DNA of 64,000 nucleotides, taken from assembly GCA_036172245.1 (NCBI GenBank), contig JAYWIR010000015.1, positions 1,488,001 through 1,552,000 on the forward strand, given 5' to 3'. Source of the DNA: Raillietiella orientalis. Its lineage: Eukaryota. The notes beneath the pieces were generated by a model. It was not told where the DNA came from and did no database searches. It saw only the letters and a program-made list of their open reading frames with translations. Below are positions 1 through 14,600 of the stretch, piece after piece (within the stretch, counting starts at the first letter, position 1; each line of letters begins with the position of its first letter). The translations under genes and the position numbers were made by a program.

Positions 1-966
1 ACAGACCAATAAACAAAAACCCGAATTCGTCGAGGCAATTATCATTAATCGTGGGAATAAAAGTTATTCCGCACCTTCTTTTCCTGTCTTCTCCAGCCTT
101 CCGAATCCATCCGAAAAAACGGATGCGGTTTCAACTGGAAACATCCACGTGAAACATCCATCGTGGGCACAGTGCGTGGGGGATTCGTCGGAACTTCCCT
201 GTGCGGATGTTTTCTCTAAGGATGCGCGGCATAATGAAGCGAAAACGGGAATGCAGGAGGAAATTGTTATCTGTTGGTAAAATCGAGCATACTTGCGCCC
301 AGCATCATCATCAATAAAAAGTATCGGGGGACGCATTCGTGTACAAGAAGAGTCTTCATGTTTTACGCATCTCCGTTTGGGTGCCTTTCTCACATCCTTC
401 CGTAAGGAATCGTCCTGAAATGTTGGGGACCCGAGCAGGTAATGAGGTCGTTAGGAATCTGCGAGGCATTCTTCTGTTCCATCCGTATCGCCTCCCTTCC
501 GTAGAAGGATGGACCCCGGCAAATGGATTGCCGTGCATCGGTTCCTCAGCGTGCTTTCTTCGGTCGGGCGTGCTCCGCGACCCCGTCATCGAAAAATCGT
601 CCGTTTCGGCCCGTCTCCCATATTTCACGTCCTTCCGGAAGATGGCGCTCGTCCTCCGACGAAATTTGTCTGCGCGTTAGCGCGGCGGCGGCGGCGGGGA
701 TGATATGGTACTTCCCACGTTGCAGAGGGAAGCGGACGGTCCTGCTCCCCATCCGGGTCCGAACCGGCTGAGCGAACTTCCCCCTCCTTGCAGATTTGCA
801 TTTTAGCAACGTAAGGACCCCTCTCCTCCCGGCTGCCATCCGTGCGCGCGCGCAGACATGCGCCACGGGAACGCATGCTGAGTTTTCGATTTCTAAGAAG
901 TGCCGACTAATCCTTCCGTCTTTTTGTTTTTTTTTCTTTTTCTTTTTTTCTTTTCTTTTCTTTTCT

Positions 967-970
<4 letters not shown>

Positions 971-1010
<40 letters not shown>
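971..1010. repeat. (TG)n microsatellite
   Basis: About 20 perfect TG units after a T-rich tract. Confidence 0.95.
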
Positions 1011-1017
<7 letters not shown>

Positions 1018-2249
1018 TTTCCCTCTCTTCTTCTTCCCCCTCCCCCCACCTTTCGCTGTTGGGATCATTTATGAAAATACTCTCTGCAGCTGAACTTTTC
1101 CTCTCGCTTCATAATGATACATTCGCCAAAAATTCTTACGGCACCGTGCGATGGATGTTAATCACACATCGCAAGTGGAAGGTCTTCATCACATACTTGA
1201 AAACGCTGTCGTTTCCTCGGCACCGGTGGCCGTTTTACGGGCGGCGCGCGCGATGGGGAGGACGTGGAGTGGAGTGGAGTGGGGGGGGGGGACGGGAGAA
1301 GAAGGAGATCCCGGCCGCCGCCGCCGTCTTGCCTCCGCGTTGTTTGCCGCGGCGGTTCCCGGTTTTTTTTTTTTTTTGTTCGCGGGCTCTGTTCGACGCC
1401 TCCGGCGACCGGGAATTCCGATCTTTCCGCCGCGCTCGGATGTCTTCCTTCCTTCCTTCCTTTCGCGGATCGACCTTTCGGTTCCCTCCTCCGCCACCCG
1501 CTTCGCAGCAGGTACCTGCCTGCCCGAGGCAACGAACGGTCTCGAGGAATTGCCACGGGACGCAGGTGTTTTCTTCGCCTTGCGGTGGAGTGGCGACGGT
1601 GTTCGGCGAGTCGGTCGCCCGACGTCGTCGGACGTCACGTGAGGCGGCGGACGCGCTGCCGAATCGCCGAGGTCAATTCCTTGCAAGGGGGTGAAAACCT
1701 GGCCAGAAAAAAAGGTCACTAAAATTATGGAGACGAAAAAGAAAAGGAAAAAAAAGAATGCGTGAATTTATTAATTGTGTTTGGTGCCGGATCACTCGTG
1801 TGTGTGTGTGTGTGTGTGTGTTCTTTTCTCGGGGTTCGTTCGTGCCTACGAGGCACGAATCTCCATTTTTTTTTTCTTTTTCTTTCTTTTCCTCTGACAC
1901 GTACAAATACACGATCCATAGGCATTCCCGTTCGACCACGTGCAGCACAACTTATGTAACGAAATCTACCACCGTCCCTCTTATCGAAAGAATGTTTATC
2001 TCTTAATGGCTTCTGTGCTTTTACTACGGTCATAAATACTCATTCCGTTCATGTAAAAGATGACATGGAGAGAACGCGCCTCCGCGAAGTGTAGCAGCAG
2101 CACGTGTGAGAAAACACACACACACAAAAGTTTCCTTTTTTCCTTCCCGGGTGTTCGCGGCAGCACCACCAGCGGATCACGCGCCGCGATGTGGATGATG
2201 TTAAGCGCCACGACCCCGCATCATCCGACAGGAAGGGACGACGTCTGCA

Positions 2250-2250
<1 letters not shown>

Positions 2251-2289
<39 letters not shown>

Positions 2290-2306
2290 GCACGCACGCA
2301 CGCACG
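2251..2306. repeat. (CA)n microsatellite followed by (CGCA)n
   Basis: Directly visible. Other TG/CA tracts lie at about 1798, 4829, 22768 and 63827. Confidence 0.95.
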
Positions 2307-3840
2307 TACGTACCCTCCTCCTCCGCCGCTCTCCCACCCTCGCTCCCCCCCGTCGCCGGCGTTCCTCCGCTCCCCCCGCTTTCTTCCCCGGGATCCGCTT
2401 TCCTGCGGTGTAATTGTTGCCTGTGTGTGCGCGTGTACGTGATTGATGACTGCGTGTCCCGTAATGATGGTGTTTGGAGTGCGTTCGCTCTGGAGCCGAA
2501 AACACAGGTTTGCCTCTATCAGGTGCTCCGAGGTTTCTTCCGCAGAGGCCTCCTTGCCATGAATCTGAGCCATCATGCCACCGCTATGTATGGCTGGCCA
2601 CGGTAATTACTATCCTCAGATGTCGAATCTGGGAAGGTGTAATGCTTCGTGACCAATTCTTGTTTATGATGTGCTTTCCTCCCAGCATCAGCCTGAATCG
2701 CCATTAAGATAAAAAGTTAATGCGATGCGTTAACATGAATCAAGCTTTTGATGATTAGCAGTTAGGTAAGAGTTTATTTATGGATTAGCATATCTTTTGA
2801 ATTTCCCCTTTTTTGCGTAAGGGAGGAATTCTTTATGTTCCCTCCAGTGTGCAACGGGTTGCCTGGGTGCAGCGGAGATGCTCGGCTGCCGAGAAACGGC
2901 CGAGCCGATCGAAGAAGGCTTCGGAGATCCGAGGCAAGGTCGGAACCGCAGGGGTGGGGGGGGAGAGGGGCTCGTTCGTCCTGCGCCCGGACGGCGGTGG
3001 CGGCACTACGGAGGGGGTTCGGCCCTCTTCCCCCCCCCCCCCTGCGTCTTTTCCTTCTTCGGTGCCGTGCAGCTTTCCGACCGTTCCTCCGTATTTTGTC
3101 ATTAGTAGCGCTGCGAATCTCCGGTGTCGAGGGAGGGAGGGGGAGAGGCAAAACAAAAAAAAAAAAAAAAAAGGAGGAGGAGGAAATCCCAGGGAAACCG
3201 TAAAAGCCTTCCACCGACATCCACACAAGGGGGAGGGGGTGTAGTTCGCTTGCTCCTCCGTCCGTGCCGCTGTATCGTCTGGCTGAAGGCCTTGCCCGTA
3301 CAAACACGCGTGAACCTCAACCACCAAAATGGCTGCAATTACTGTCATTCGTCACACTAATTGATATCGCGCTTCTTGAATAGAGAACAGCGTCCTCGAG
3401 GAGGTACTTCTGTCACTCGCTAAAAAGTTAATTGTCTCTGCCTTTCAGGAGGAACCATTTCGCTGTACCATTACGGAGCGAAATGAGTTAAGGACAAGTA
3501 ATCCGGCGACTTGTTTTCCGTGGGGGTTGTCTGCTTTTCTTCCTGCCTCCTCCCCGAAAATATGCGTGGCGAACCGTCGGGAACGGATGTGATGGAGCGG
3601 AAAAAGCCGCATTCCGAAGAAATAGAGGAAGGCCAAAAACAAAGTCCATCTTATTATTGATGGAGGTGATTTTCGAGGAGGGGGGGGGGGGGAAGAAAAG
3701 AAAAAAGGAAAAAAAAAGAAAAGCATCGGTGGATTTGCGAATTCGGCGTTTCGACCACACAGCGGCCCCACTGCTGCAATCGAAATACCCCGAAATTCGG
3801 TCGAGTGCGCCTCCCATGAACGAATTGCCGACGCTGATCT

Positions 3841-3883
3841 CAGCCGTGCCCCCGGGCGTTCATTTAAATTGGTTAGAAATTTT
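3841..3883 (+). repeat. 43-bp dispersed repeat (partner 6309-6351)
   Basis: cagccgtgcccccgggcgttcatttaaattggttagaaatttt versus cagccgtggctccgggcgttaatttagattggttagaattttt, 38/43 identical and ungapped. Confidence 0.8.
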
Positions 3884-6308
3884 CGCAGGGAAAAAAAAAG
3901 AGAGGAAAAACTGCTGATGTGTTGCACGCAAATCTACAAGGGCGTGTGTTGCCTTTTTGCGTACAGCTTGTACATCTACCTGCGTTCATATGCTTGCTCG
4001 AGCATGGCAACCTTGGAACACTTAATGGCTGCTGTTCCGCCCGTTGTTTTCCGTTGAAAAGTACCATTCGGAGGCAGAATCCATCTTGATCTTCCACGCT
4101 TTCATTGTGGATGCGGCATGGGCTTCCTTCCGATGACTGCAGAATGCGTCTGCCTGCACGAGTGGTGTTCGTTCTAAGGTGTGATGGGAACGCTAAAAAG
4201 GAAACGCAGCCCCCCACCCCCACCCCAAAAAAAAGTGCTGTCACTGATAGCGAGTACTAATAAATGCGCGGATCTGCATTCCCAAAGTAGAGACCCCATT
4301 TTAATAGGGCGCGAAATCAGTTCCAATCTCCAGGCACAATGCAGGCGTGGAGGTGCCCCGTGTGTATGCACGTGCGCGTGCGCGCGTGTGTTTGTTAGTG
4401 TAGTGTGCTCGCAGCTACTGCAGAGGGGGGCAATTTCGAGCCTTACTGCTTATTAATGGGGCTTTGCGTGAATCACGAACTTTCGATTAAAATTAAGATT
4501 TCAGTTGGAATTTTAAATCGCCCTCGTCAGCTTCCAAAAGCAAAAGCTTGCAGCGCCTTTGCTCAACTTTTTCTTCTTCCTCTTTTTACGATAAAGTGCT
4601 CGGCGTCCTTCGCAGCAGCGCTCGGGTTCCATTTTCTGATTTCTTTGTTCTTTGTGGCAGCGGCGCCAACGTCATCCTAGCAAAAGGTTCATGTCGGATC
4701 GAATGGCGAGTGGCAGCGCCGTGGCAGTCAAAGTGTCCAGCAACCCGGAGTGGTCATGTGATGGTGGTTGTTGCATTCTTCGGGAAGCTTCGAGAACCGC
4801 GGTAGCGGGGGCGAGTTGTTCCTAAGCTGCACACACACACACACACACACACACACGTGTCGTGACTTGGCCTCGGTGTGCACGCGTTAAGTGAGCTGTC
4901 AGTCTCTGACCAGCCGCCCTCGCCTCTTCCGCTTAAAGCACCCGAGGGATTGTGACCGCCATCCGCGAGTCCGGCTCCGGTGGCCAACCTCTGTAAACTA
5001 CTCGCACACCAGCGTAGAATAGTGTGTACACTGTCTCGAACGCGCCAAATTTGGCACCGTTGGTAAACGGCCATTCTGCTCCTTGCCAATTCTTTTTCCC
5101 TCTTCAGAGAAAAATTGGGAGCAGGAAGGGGAACACATCTGACCCGAGAAGGGTCACGTGCCGATTCTATGCATAAATGGTTACGTAGGGCGCCGATTCA
5201 AATTATTATTCATTTAATGATTTTTCGTTTTCATTTTGTCAGGGAACTGCAGTCATCTTGTACGAATCGTTTCGTACGTTTTTTGCACATTCACAACGTA
5301 AAGGCCTTCGATGTTGGGCACACATGGCTTTTGGGGGGGGGGGGAAGGTACGCTTTTCGCTTCCCTTCCGGCTGGGCGGCACGTGGAGGAACACTTCGCA
5401 GCGCCTGTGGACGGTTCTCGGAACCTCGGATCTTCTCCACTCCGTACAGATGAGACCGAATTTCCCGAAGAACGAGGCGAATCCTTGCGTCCCATACGGA
5501 GCTGGTCACAAGCCGGGGTCGCTCTCCGCTTCCGCCATCCGAATCCCGGTCTTCGTGAGGTGCACACTCTTCCCGGTTCGTTTCCGCTCTTTCGTAGCGT
5601 CCAGTCAACCCTTCCAGCGCATTTCGTGTGGAGGGTTTCATTATGGGAGAGGCCCCGGGGCAAGCGTTGGTATGCGACGCAGTCGGGTCACAAAGTGACA
5701 CACACGACCGACCGATTTGCACGCGGTTGCGGCTGCGGGCATACTGGAAGAGGGGACGCAGCTGGAACGGGATGCCGGCGGCACAGAGTCCGCTCGTTTT
5801 GGTTCCTTCCAAATATGTCCACGTCACCCTCCGAGGGTCAAACGTGCGCGTTTTAGACTGGAGAAACGAATTGCCGTGGCGCGGCGGCGACTCGTCTTCG
5901 TGGTCGAACCGTTTGCCGGGGGGGGGGGGGAGGGGGGTAAGCAGGAGGAGAAGCCGGGCAGCCGGGACTCTGATCTCGGTGCTCCAGGCCAGGCGTGCAC
6001 GGTTGCATCCGCAGCGCTGTTGATCTCGCTCTTGTAGGTGGCTATCCGATACGGGCAGTCCTTGATTCTCACTGCAGCCGAACATTATCGGTTGCCATCG
6101 CTGCCTCCTAGCTGCTGGAGCAAGAATTTCGCCGTTGTCCGTCCGTTAATCGTAGTCTCGGCAACCGTCCATTTGGCGCATGATTTTTGTTTCTCTCTCG
6201 AAGGTCACGTTGAAAAATCCCATCATTTCCGAAAGACGATTTCGGGCGCTAATGTCATAATGCGCATGCGTACTTCTGAAACCATTACGTTTTGTAAATA
6301 TCTCTTTC

Positions 6309-6351
6309 CAGCCGTGGCTCCGGGCGTTAATTTAGATTGGTTAGAATTTTT
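6309..6351 (+). repeat. 43-bp dispersed repeat (partner 3841-3883)
   Basis: See the partner. Confidence 0.8.
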
Positions 6352-6685
6352 ATAGAAAAACAATGACAGGTTCTAGCTTTCAATTTGGGACAGTAATTAT
6401 TTACTGGAGTGGTTTCTGACGGGAATAATAGATTTAATACAGGATTGCGGTCTCACGCCACTTTTAATTGAGCACTGCTTTCCATTCTGCAGGCGATTGC
6501 GGATTGCCCCGTTGGGCGCGTGCGCGGGCGCTCTCGGCGGACGCGCGCGCGCGGTGGGTTCGTTTGTGGGCCGACGTCCCTTCGCCTCGTCTTCCTCGCA
6601 TCTTGGCTCCTGGAGAGATACGGAGCTCTCAACTAATGGTGTTATCGGATGAGGAAAACTCATCTCAGGTGCCTTCTTCTCTAAC

Positions 6686-6716
6686 CCACCACCACCACCA
6701 CCACCACCACCACCAC
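6686..6716. repeat. (CAC)n microsatellite
   Basis: About 10 CAC units. Confidence 0.9.
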
Positions 6717-6860
6717 TCCTCCTCCTTCCCCGTCCACCACTCCTTGCCCTATCGGGTGGAAAGCATTCCCCAAATTCGGACGCAGAACATTCGCAACGCC
6801 TTTTCATTAGCCGTATGCGCACCGAGTGGGGTTGGGGTGTGCGCGCGCGCGCGCGAGGGG

Positions 6861-6894
<34 letters not shown>

Positions 6895-9800
6895 CCGGAG
6901 ATTTTCGCGTCACCGTCCGCCATGCGATGTTTCCTTCGTACGTTCCTTCTTTATGTGGTCTTCCGAAAGAGAGCCCTTCCCGTTCCAGAAGCCGGCCAGT
7001 CCCCACGCAAAGGTTACTTCGTGTTGGGGGGGGGGGAGGGGGAGGGAAAGGTGCTGCTCCCTCCTTCCCCCTCCCTCTTTATTTTTTTCCCTTCTCCTCC
7101 TCCTCCCCACTCCTTCCTCGCACACTTTCCTCAGGTGTGCGCGATGCCCACGTGATTGCGGGGGGGGGGGAGGGGAGGGGGTCTCGGAGCGATCGGTTTT
7201 TTCGTGTGTGTGTACTTTGCTAATCTTCAGAACTCAATCGCGGAATGGTTTGATGATGATGATGATGCAGAAGGTGGAGCGCTCTTACCAAAGTTCCGTT
7301 TATTCACTGATTAATTCCCCCCCTCCCCCCCCCCCCTCCCGTGCATTCTTCTGCCTACTTGAAAGAGTGCAGCACCAAAAACAACCGATGGCAGCTCGAA
7401 ATCTTTTGCGCACGACGCGTACAATCATTCATCGGCCGACGTTCGCTCCAAGCAAATGTGCGGTGGATCGCTTCCAAATCACTTAAGCGTGACAGATACC
7501 CTTCCATCTTGACGCAATATTGGTGGATCAAACAATCAGCCAGCCATCGTTCCTTTCGTTCCTCCGGTTTTAAAGAGCAGATTTTTCTTCGGAAGTACCT
7601 CATCATGCGGCGGTGATTTGTCACCGAAATTTATCTCTTCCTCCCTCGGCGCGAACCGTCGCGATGTGTTTGGGCGCGCGCGCGCGTGTGCAGCGCCGCA
7701 TCCTTGGGCAGTCGCCGCGTTGCATCCAGGGCAGGGGGGATGCTGGGCAGCAGCAGCCGGCCGCCGGGGGGGGGGGGGGCGGACGCGTCCCTCCGGAACG
7801 AGCTCTTCTTGCTCGTGGACTGATTATTTTTTTCGTCGTTACCATGGAGGATGCGGCGGGGCTTCTTCCGAAACGGGGTGCTGCTGCTGCCGCTATCTTA
7901 AAGGCAGTATGGGTTGCACTCGTTTGTGTTGCGCGTGAGACAAAAGAACTTCGAAACGGCGGCGGACGGGGGGGGGGGGGGGGAAGAAAAAAGAAAGGTC
8001 TCTCGGGCAGGCAAGCAACCGGTATGTCCCTCTTCAAGCAAAGACGAGAAGCTGAGTGTTTTCAAGGGAAAGAGCGCGCGCGTCTCCAGCTTTCCAGGCA
8101 ACACGGATCGACTCGTGCGGCGGCCAGGGCGGCGCAGCATCGGAAGCAGGAAAAGCCGTGCAGAGGGACGAGGTCTACGGCGCCGGCAAAGGCTCCGGTT
8201 CCTTGAGGACGTGGAAAGGCTCCACAAGTGTCCTCGGAAGCTGCGGAGACGAGGGGTTGAAACCTCTCGAGCGCCGTGGAGATGCACGCACGAGATCGCC
8301 CGTTCCTCCCAGGCGGAGAGACTTCGATTAGTCCAGCAGCAGGCTCAGTGGGAGGCAGCTCTTTTTCTTCGGACGGCGAGTGCGCCCTCGGCGTTCTGAG
8401 GATGGGCGAGATGTGGGTCTCTGGGGACCTGGTCGTTCCCCCTTCCCCCCCCCCCCCCTCCCGTGCCGGGGATTTCAGCACTCGACAGTTTCGTGTCCGA
8501 TGAACGCCCCGGGTGCTCCGTGTGGAATCCCCACCGGTGGTGTGCGTTTCCCGGCACAGCGCTGTGTGTGTCGCCTTTGGCCGCCGTAAGCGCGGCGCTT
8601 GAAAGGATCGGCCGACGTGACACCGACGGGCGTCGCTCACGCTCCGGAGGCAGGTGGTCTCTTTCGCAGCGCTCTTCGGTGGCGTTTGAGTTCGATTCGC
8701 AGACCTTGAATTTCGAGCGGACTTTCTGCGTGCGAGCGCGGGAGGGGCGCAGCACGAGGGCGGGGACCGAAGGCAAAAACACGACGCCAATGGCGCGAAC
8801 ATTCTTGTACGAAACCGTACGGCGTGAGCCGAGACCGCCTGCTACCGGGAAGCGAAGGAGAGGTGTGAACGGCGCACGCGGTGACCTACTTGTGAGAGAC
8901 TCCGTCCGGATCCGCGCTGGCCATCAGCTCGCGGCTTGAACATGATGAATGGTTGAGGGAGACCGGAAACGCTCGTGGTCCCTCCTGCCCGGAAACCCAG
9001 CCGAGACTCCTTTCGGTGTGAGAGGTGCCGCGAGATCGGTGACGACCCGCGCTTCCCACCATCGGACGACACCGTGGAAGCGCGCGCGGCAGCGGCTCTT
9101 CGGGGGAAGGCGCCGCACTTCCTGTCCGATCCCCTCAAACGGATCGAAACCCGAAGCGTCCATCCTCAGGGAGGAGGCATGGTCTCGGAGAGGATTGTGC
9201 ATTAGGAGCACCAGGTCGAACTCTTCTCGGGAAACGGGAAAGAACAAAAAACGGTCGAAGCGCTTCCGTCGCGCGCGGGCTCGGCTGCCCTCGCTCTTCC
9301 GCGGCGGTCGCCGTTGACGTGATCGCCCAGCGGTTGTTTTCATTTGTGTGTGTGACCTCGCGCTACCGGGCTCCAGGTTTTGTGGGTCCTCCTCCTCCTT
9401 CTCTCCCGCAAGGCTCCTCGTCATCCTTTTGCTTGGGACCTCCTGCCCTCCGCGGACGCCGAGGTGTGACTTCCGACAGGAAAGGAGGCAAACTTGTCCT
9501 TTACTCCCCCCCTCCCTTCGTTTGTTTGCGTCCACCTGCACACGTATGGTTTCCGATAATCGTTCCTGCTTGTCCAAACAGCCGGTCATCCGCTGACGGT
9601 CTTGCGTTCCGGGATGCATTTGGCTCCATCCATTTTTTTTTTTTTTTTTCCTCTTTCGTTTTTGAGCATCTCGTTCTTGCACCACATCTGCCCATTCTGT
9701 TGAAAAATGGCGTCCTTGTTGCGCGCACCTCGACAAATGCTTTCCATACCAAAGAATAAAAAATAAAATTAAAAAAAAAAAAAAAAAAGAAGAAAAAAAG

Positions 9801-11474
9801 GCACTTCCCAACGGGACCTTGGACCATGGACTGTGATAGCAGCTGTGGGTGATGGCAAGATGATTTTTCAGCTGTCAGTTCCTGTTTGCACCTCGAGTCT
9901 TCAGGGGACTCGACTCATCGCTGATCAGGCGCTCGAGGTGCGCGCAGTTGATGCTGGATTATTCACGGTTGATTCACGCTCGACTGCCCTTGGGGACCGC
10001 TTAAATCGCCATCAATCATTTTTGCGAACAGTGTTGTCTGCAACACGCTCCCGTTTCCTTTTCAAGCCCTTAACGCCTGTCCGTCTCTCCAGTGGTGTCC
10101 GAACGCTCTCGCATTCTTCGCGAGCATCGTGAATGGGCCATTCTTTCGCGGTCTTCACGCCCGGCGCTCGCCCCCTCGTCACCGCGAGCCGCCTGCAGGA
10201 GATCCAGCGGTTGCTGCTGCAGGCCGCAGGAAAAAAAGGGGCCACTCCTAGGCAGCGAACGGTCTGCTCCGGAACCCCTGGAACCGTCGCTGGGAATACC
10301 CCCTTCCTCTCCCTCGCTCTTTTTTCCTCCTCCGCCTCTTCCCCGGCGCAGGGAGTTCTAAGATCCGGGGAGAGCGCGCGCAAATGCCCCCAACGTGTCG
10401 GTGGACGCTCATTGCGTCGAGTGAGGGCTTCCGTGGAGTTTGGTGATCGCTCTTGCGGCGCGTCCTCCTCCTTGTGGTGCCGTTCGCGCGGGTGCTTCCC
10501 AGCAGCGAGCGTGGACGACCGGAAACCCGAGAGAATGCGGATCGGGATGCGCCTCTCGTGGACTGGCTGTTCCTTCGGAGCTGCGGGCCCTGCTTGTCAA
10601 GTGGTCTTCACGCACAGAGATGTCTTGCGGTCGCCAGCAGTCCACAGAGCGAACGTAACGCCTGAGTTTGTTTCACTTCCGTTTTTCTTCTCCCTTTTTT
10701 TTTTTTTTTTAAAAAAAAAAAAAAGAAAAAAGAAACAAAACGAAAAAACAACAACATAAAAAAAAAAAAAAGGAAAAGCGCCACTGTGGAAGCGAAGAGG
10801 TTGCAAGGTTTGCGTGTGTCATTCACAGCAGTCAGGGGAATCGATGTTGCAGGCGATCCATAGCGCAACAAATTTAATTTATGTACTTCCTTGCTTGGCA
10901 CCCAGTAAAGAATCCCGGAGCAGCGTTCCCGGAGACGCACGGAAGCGCGAGCCCCGTTCCGAAGCTCCGTTCCGCGTTTTCATCTTTCCTCTTCCCGTCC
11001 TTTGCACACCCGGACAGACGAAGTACCGCGGCCCCTCCATCCTCGCGGATCATTCCTCTCGGTTCCCGCTTCGCGGCTCAGGCCACGGGACTTCTTCCGA
11101 ACTCTTCGGAGAGAGAGAAAGGGGACGGTCCCCACGTGGCAGCGGCGCTCCGAGGAGCTCTCCGGCACACCTAGCGGTGGACGTGCCCATCGGAACGCGT
11201 GCGCTCGCCGGAAGGTCGCAGGGCCCTCTTTTGCACTCCGGTCGCATCCTTCCGCCGCGAGCTTCGACATCTTGACGGATCGCAGTACCAGTTGAAGGTG
11301 TGCCTGCAGGCACCCTTCCGTCTTCCCGGCAGCGTCACAGCCGCCGCCGCCGCCGCATCCCTCACCCCACTCCACCCCCCCTTTTTTCCGCTTTTTTCCC
11401 CACCCGACTAGGGGATCGAAACGGGGTGCTCGTGCTGCCGTGCACTCATTTTTCCTCCGTCCTCTTCCTTCTAG

Positions 11475-11684
11475 GTGGTTGAGACGTGGATCCATGTTTG
11501 TGTTCTCATCCAGCCAGTTCAAGAGTTTGCTCGGAGTGAGCGCCGAGTGGCGCTCCCGGAACCTCCTCGATCTGGGAGCAGGAGATGGAGCCGTGACTGA
11601 TCGCGTGGCGCATCTCTTCGACACAGCTCACGTGACAGAAGTATCCGGAGTGATGAGGAACATCTTGCTTGAAAAGGGCTTTCG
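11475..11684 (+). CDS. METTL9: METTL9/DREV-family protein-histidine methyltransferase, internal coding exon (first exon found in the window)
   Basis: Translates WLRRGSMFVFSSSQFKSLLGVSAEWRSRNLLDLGAGDGAVT...LEKGFR, matching the METTL9 'GRGSMFVFS...LLDLGAGDG' SAM-binding motif I. Acceptor cttccttctag at 11474, donor gtagga at 11685. Confidence 0.93.
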
Positions 11685-14600
11685 GTAGGATGGCGCGTGT
11701 GTGCCTTGGCTGCGCGTTAAGTGCGCAATTGGAATGACTTCAGGAAACGGAAAGACGTCTCGGCGGGTTCGTGGACCCGTTCGGTTTCTCGGCACGCTGA
11801 GATTTGCCTCCTCCGTGAGCACCACCGTGTTGTTTTGTCTGTTCCGGTTCGGACTGAGGTTTGACCCTCAGTCTCCGAACCAGAACTTGAGTAAGTCATA
11901 CAGCTTGCAATGTAATGCACCTTCATAAGTAACGTTGGTTCCATTCTTCCTGTTTTTTTTTTTTTCTTAAAAATAAAAAAAGAGTAATGGCGACGAAGCA
12001 TCCATGCCGAGAGGACGGTTTCCTGGAGACTTGTTTCTATGGAAGCATTCTTGAAAGTTTTATCCGAAAAGGCAATGATTGATGGATGCTCCTTCTCACG
12101 TGGAATCTTCACTTCCCACGTGTTCGGTCTGGGGGATGCATCTTCAGCACTTCTTCCTCCATCCTACCTGTCCGCAGCCCGGCTGCTGGATATTCGCTCA
12201 GAACAGCCCCCCCGTTTCGAGCACAGGGCGGTTTCGGGCCCGTTCCGTGGATATCCGTCGACAGACCACTTTGCAAGGAGAGCGTGCCACCTGTGGATGT
12301 TCCCTGTTTGTAGCTTAGCGTTTTTTTTTTTTTTTTTCCTCCGCCGTCGTCGTACGGACGCGTCAACTTGGGATCCATGAATCATCCTTGCAAATATCTC
12401 GCGCTGTGTGCTGACAGTCATCGAAAACCAGCTTTTGTTTGTTCGGGAATCCTTCTGACGAACGGTCGCGTACAGGAAGGCGTCCCTCGCTTTTTGCTTG
12501 TACACAGTACGAGTCTCGACTCCCATCCACCACCGCACGTGCGACTGCCAAGTCTGCACGGGATGCGCCCAACAGCAGATCAGAACTCGTGACGCTCGTT
12601 CTTCACTCCTTATGGCCCTTCTTCACCGACGTCTTCTTTTCGAGGAGTTCGCGCTTTCGTGACGGTGATGTATGCTCGACGGTGTCAGTCGCTCTTGGGC
12701 TTGCGGACGCACCTCGTTCCCGTCTTTTCCGAGTCGCGGAACGGAAACAGGAGACTGTTTTCGAAGGGATGAGACTTTGCTCCCGAGTGCATCGTCGCGT
12801 CTTGCGGAGGAGGGGGTCGTGGAGTCGTCGGGAGCGGAAAAGCCGCCGGTGTTCCACCGACTGCATCTCCCCACTGGGGTGTACGGCCAGCTCGGATGCA
12901 AGGCCGCGCGACTCGATCCCGCAGCCGTCTTCGCCGGAGTCTTCCCAGACTCCTCTCCTGGTTTTGCGTTGGATTCCAGACGGCATCTCTGGCGGCAGAG
13001 GATGTTTCTCCCGAGTTGGATTTTCCGATAGCGGAGCCCCGATGTTGCATTCCGATTCGGAAGATCATTTATCAAAAGGCTCCTCGATTTCCGGACGGAA
13101 GATTCGAAGGCACTGTATTTGCACGGTTGTACTATATGCGTCGTCATGAAAAAAAAAAAAAAAAAAAGGAAAAAAAATCTTTTAATTGGATGCTCGGCGC
13201 ACACTATTGAGAGGGTAATTGAATCTTGAAACCAATTCCTGTGGATGGGGTCGTGATAAATTCGGGAAAGGAAACAATCTCACGATGAAAAACTGACCAA
13301 GATTTGCAAATGTTTATTCCCCCTCTCGGAAGAAGGGAATTGCTGCGTGGACACCGCTGCCTACCAGCCTTTCTCAGGGCTCCGGGGTTCGGTTTGTATT
13401 TACGTAGGGCAGGACGAGGTCTTGGGAGTCGGTCGCTCCTCGGGATAGGTGCGACCACGCGCGGCGTGGGTCTCGAGCGCCGCAAATGTGGCGAGGAGCT
13501 CCGATCCGTGATCGCAGCGCAGTCAGACGACGGTGTGCTTAATGAGCGCGGGTGTGGTCGGGTGGTGGAAACGGAAATGCTTTCCCGCGTGCTCCCGTCG
13601 GCGGATTCGGGATCGGTCCCTTCGGATGGTCCCCGTTCCAGGTCGCGTCGCCTCGTCGACTTTATTTCAGGGGTTTTATTTTTCAGGAAACTTCCCTCGA
13701 TTTTCGAAATTGATGCCTCTCTTAGTTCTATTTCTCCCTTGCTGTGCCATCTCCGTGTTCGTAATTTATGCGTGTTTGTCAGAAGGAGAAGAAGGAGAAA
13801 GAAAATGCCTCCTCGCAGCTAATTTATTATGATGCATGTCCCGTGGGAAGATTGATATCGGAATTTCGGAAATATCTGTTTCAGGCGGTTCCCCGTTTCG
13901 GATGTGCACGCATGGGCACGGGATTTCGGCTTATCCTTTGATTCCGAATCAGGTGGTTCGGGATGATTTTCGGAATTGCCGATTTCTCTGATCTTCCCCC
14001 GTGATCTTCACTCTCTGGTTCTTGTTGGTTCGATCTGCCGTTGCGTGGGGAGATGCACCTCGAACAGGGTGCCTCGTGGTGCCGTTGCGTCACGCTGTGG
14101 TGCAATGCTGAACCCCACGTAACGTAGGAGGCGAAGCCACACAATAGACACCTCCCGATCTTCGAGTGCAGCTGCCTAAGATACCAACACCCGCAAGAAC
14201 CCAATTATGGGGAGTATTTTTCGGACGCAGTGTGCACCGTGACCTCAGCGTCTCGGTTTTTTTGCGCGCAGGTCCAGGTCGCCGCTTCGGAGACCACGTT
14301 CGCACTACTGAACTCGCAGCGCCGCTCTGCGGAACACTTTGTTACTACGCCCCAGCCATTGCCAAGTAACGCCGCAGCGACTCCCGAGCAGCAGCGGCAA
14401 ACGGTCCACGGCAGTGGTGGAGCAAATCCATTTTCGTTTCACTCAATCAACGCGGTTCCCTCTACTGCAAATGAGGAAACGCAGGATGGCCCTTTGAATG
14501 ATCTGCTGGTTCTCTTTAGAAGAACATTTTGTCATTCCTCATAAGAATGGATTCTTTCTCCCCCCCCCCCCCCTCCCTCAGTTAGTGCAGTTCCTTGGCT

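Noticed and set aside
96..276. Candidate + strand exon with a strong acceptor and open frame
   Set aside because: The translation does not resemble METTL9 or any protein I recognise.
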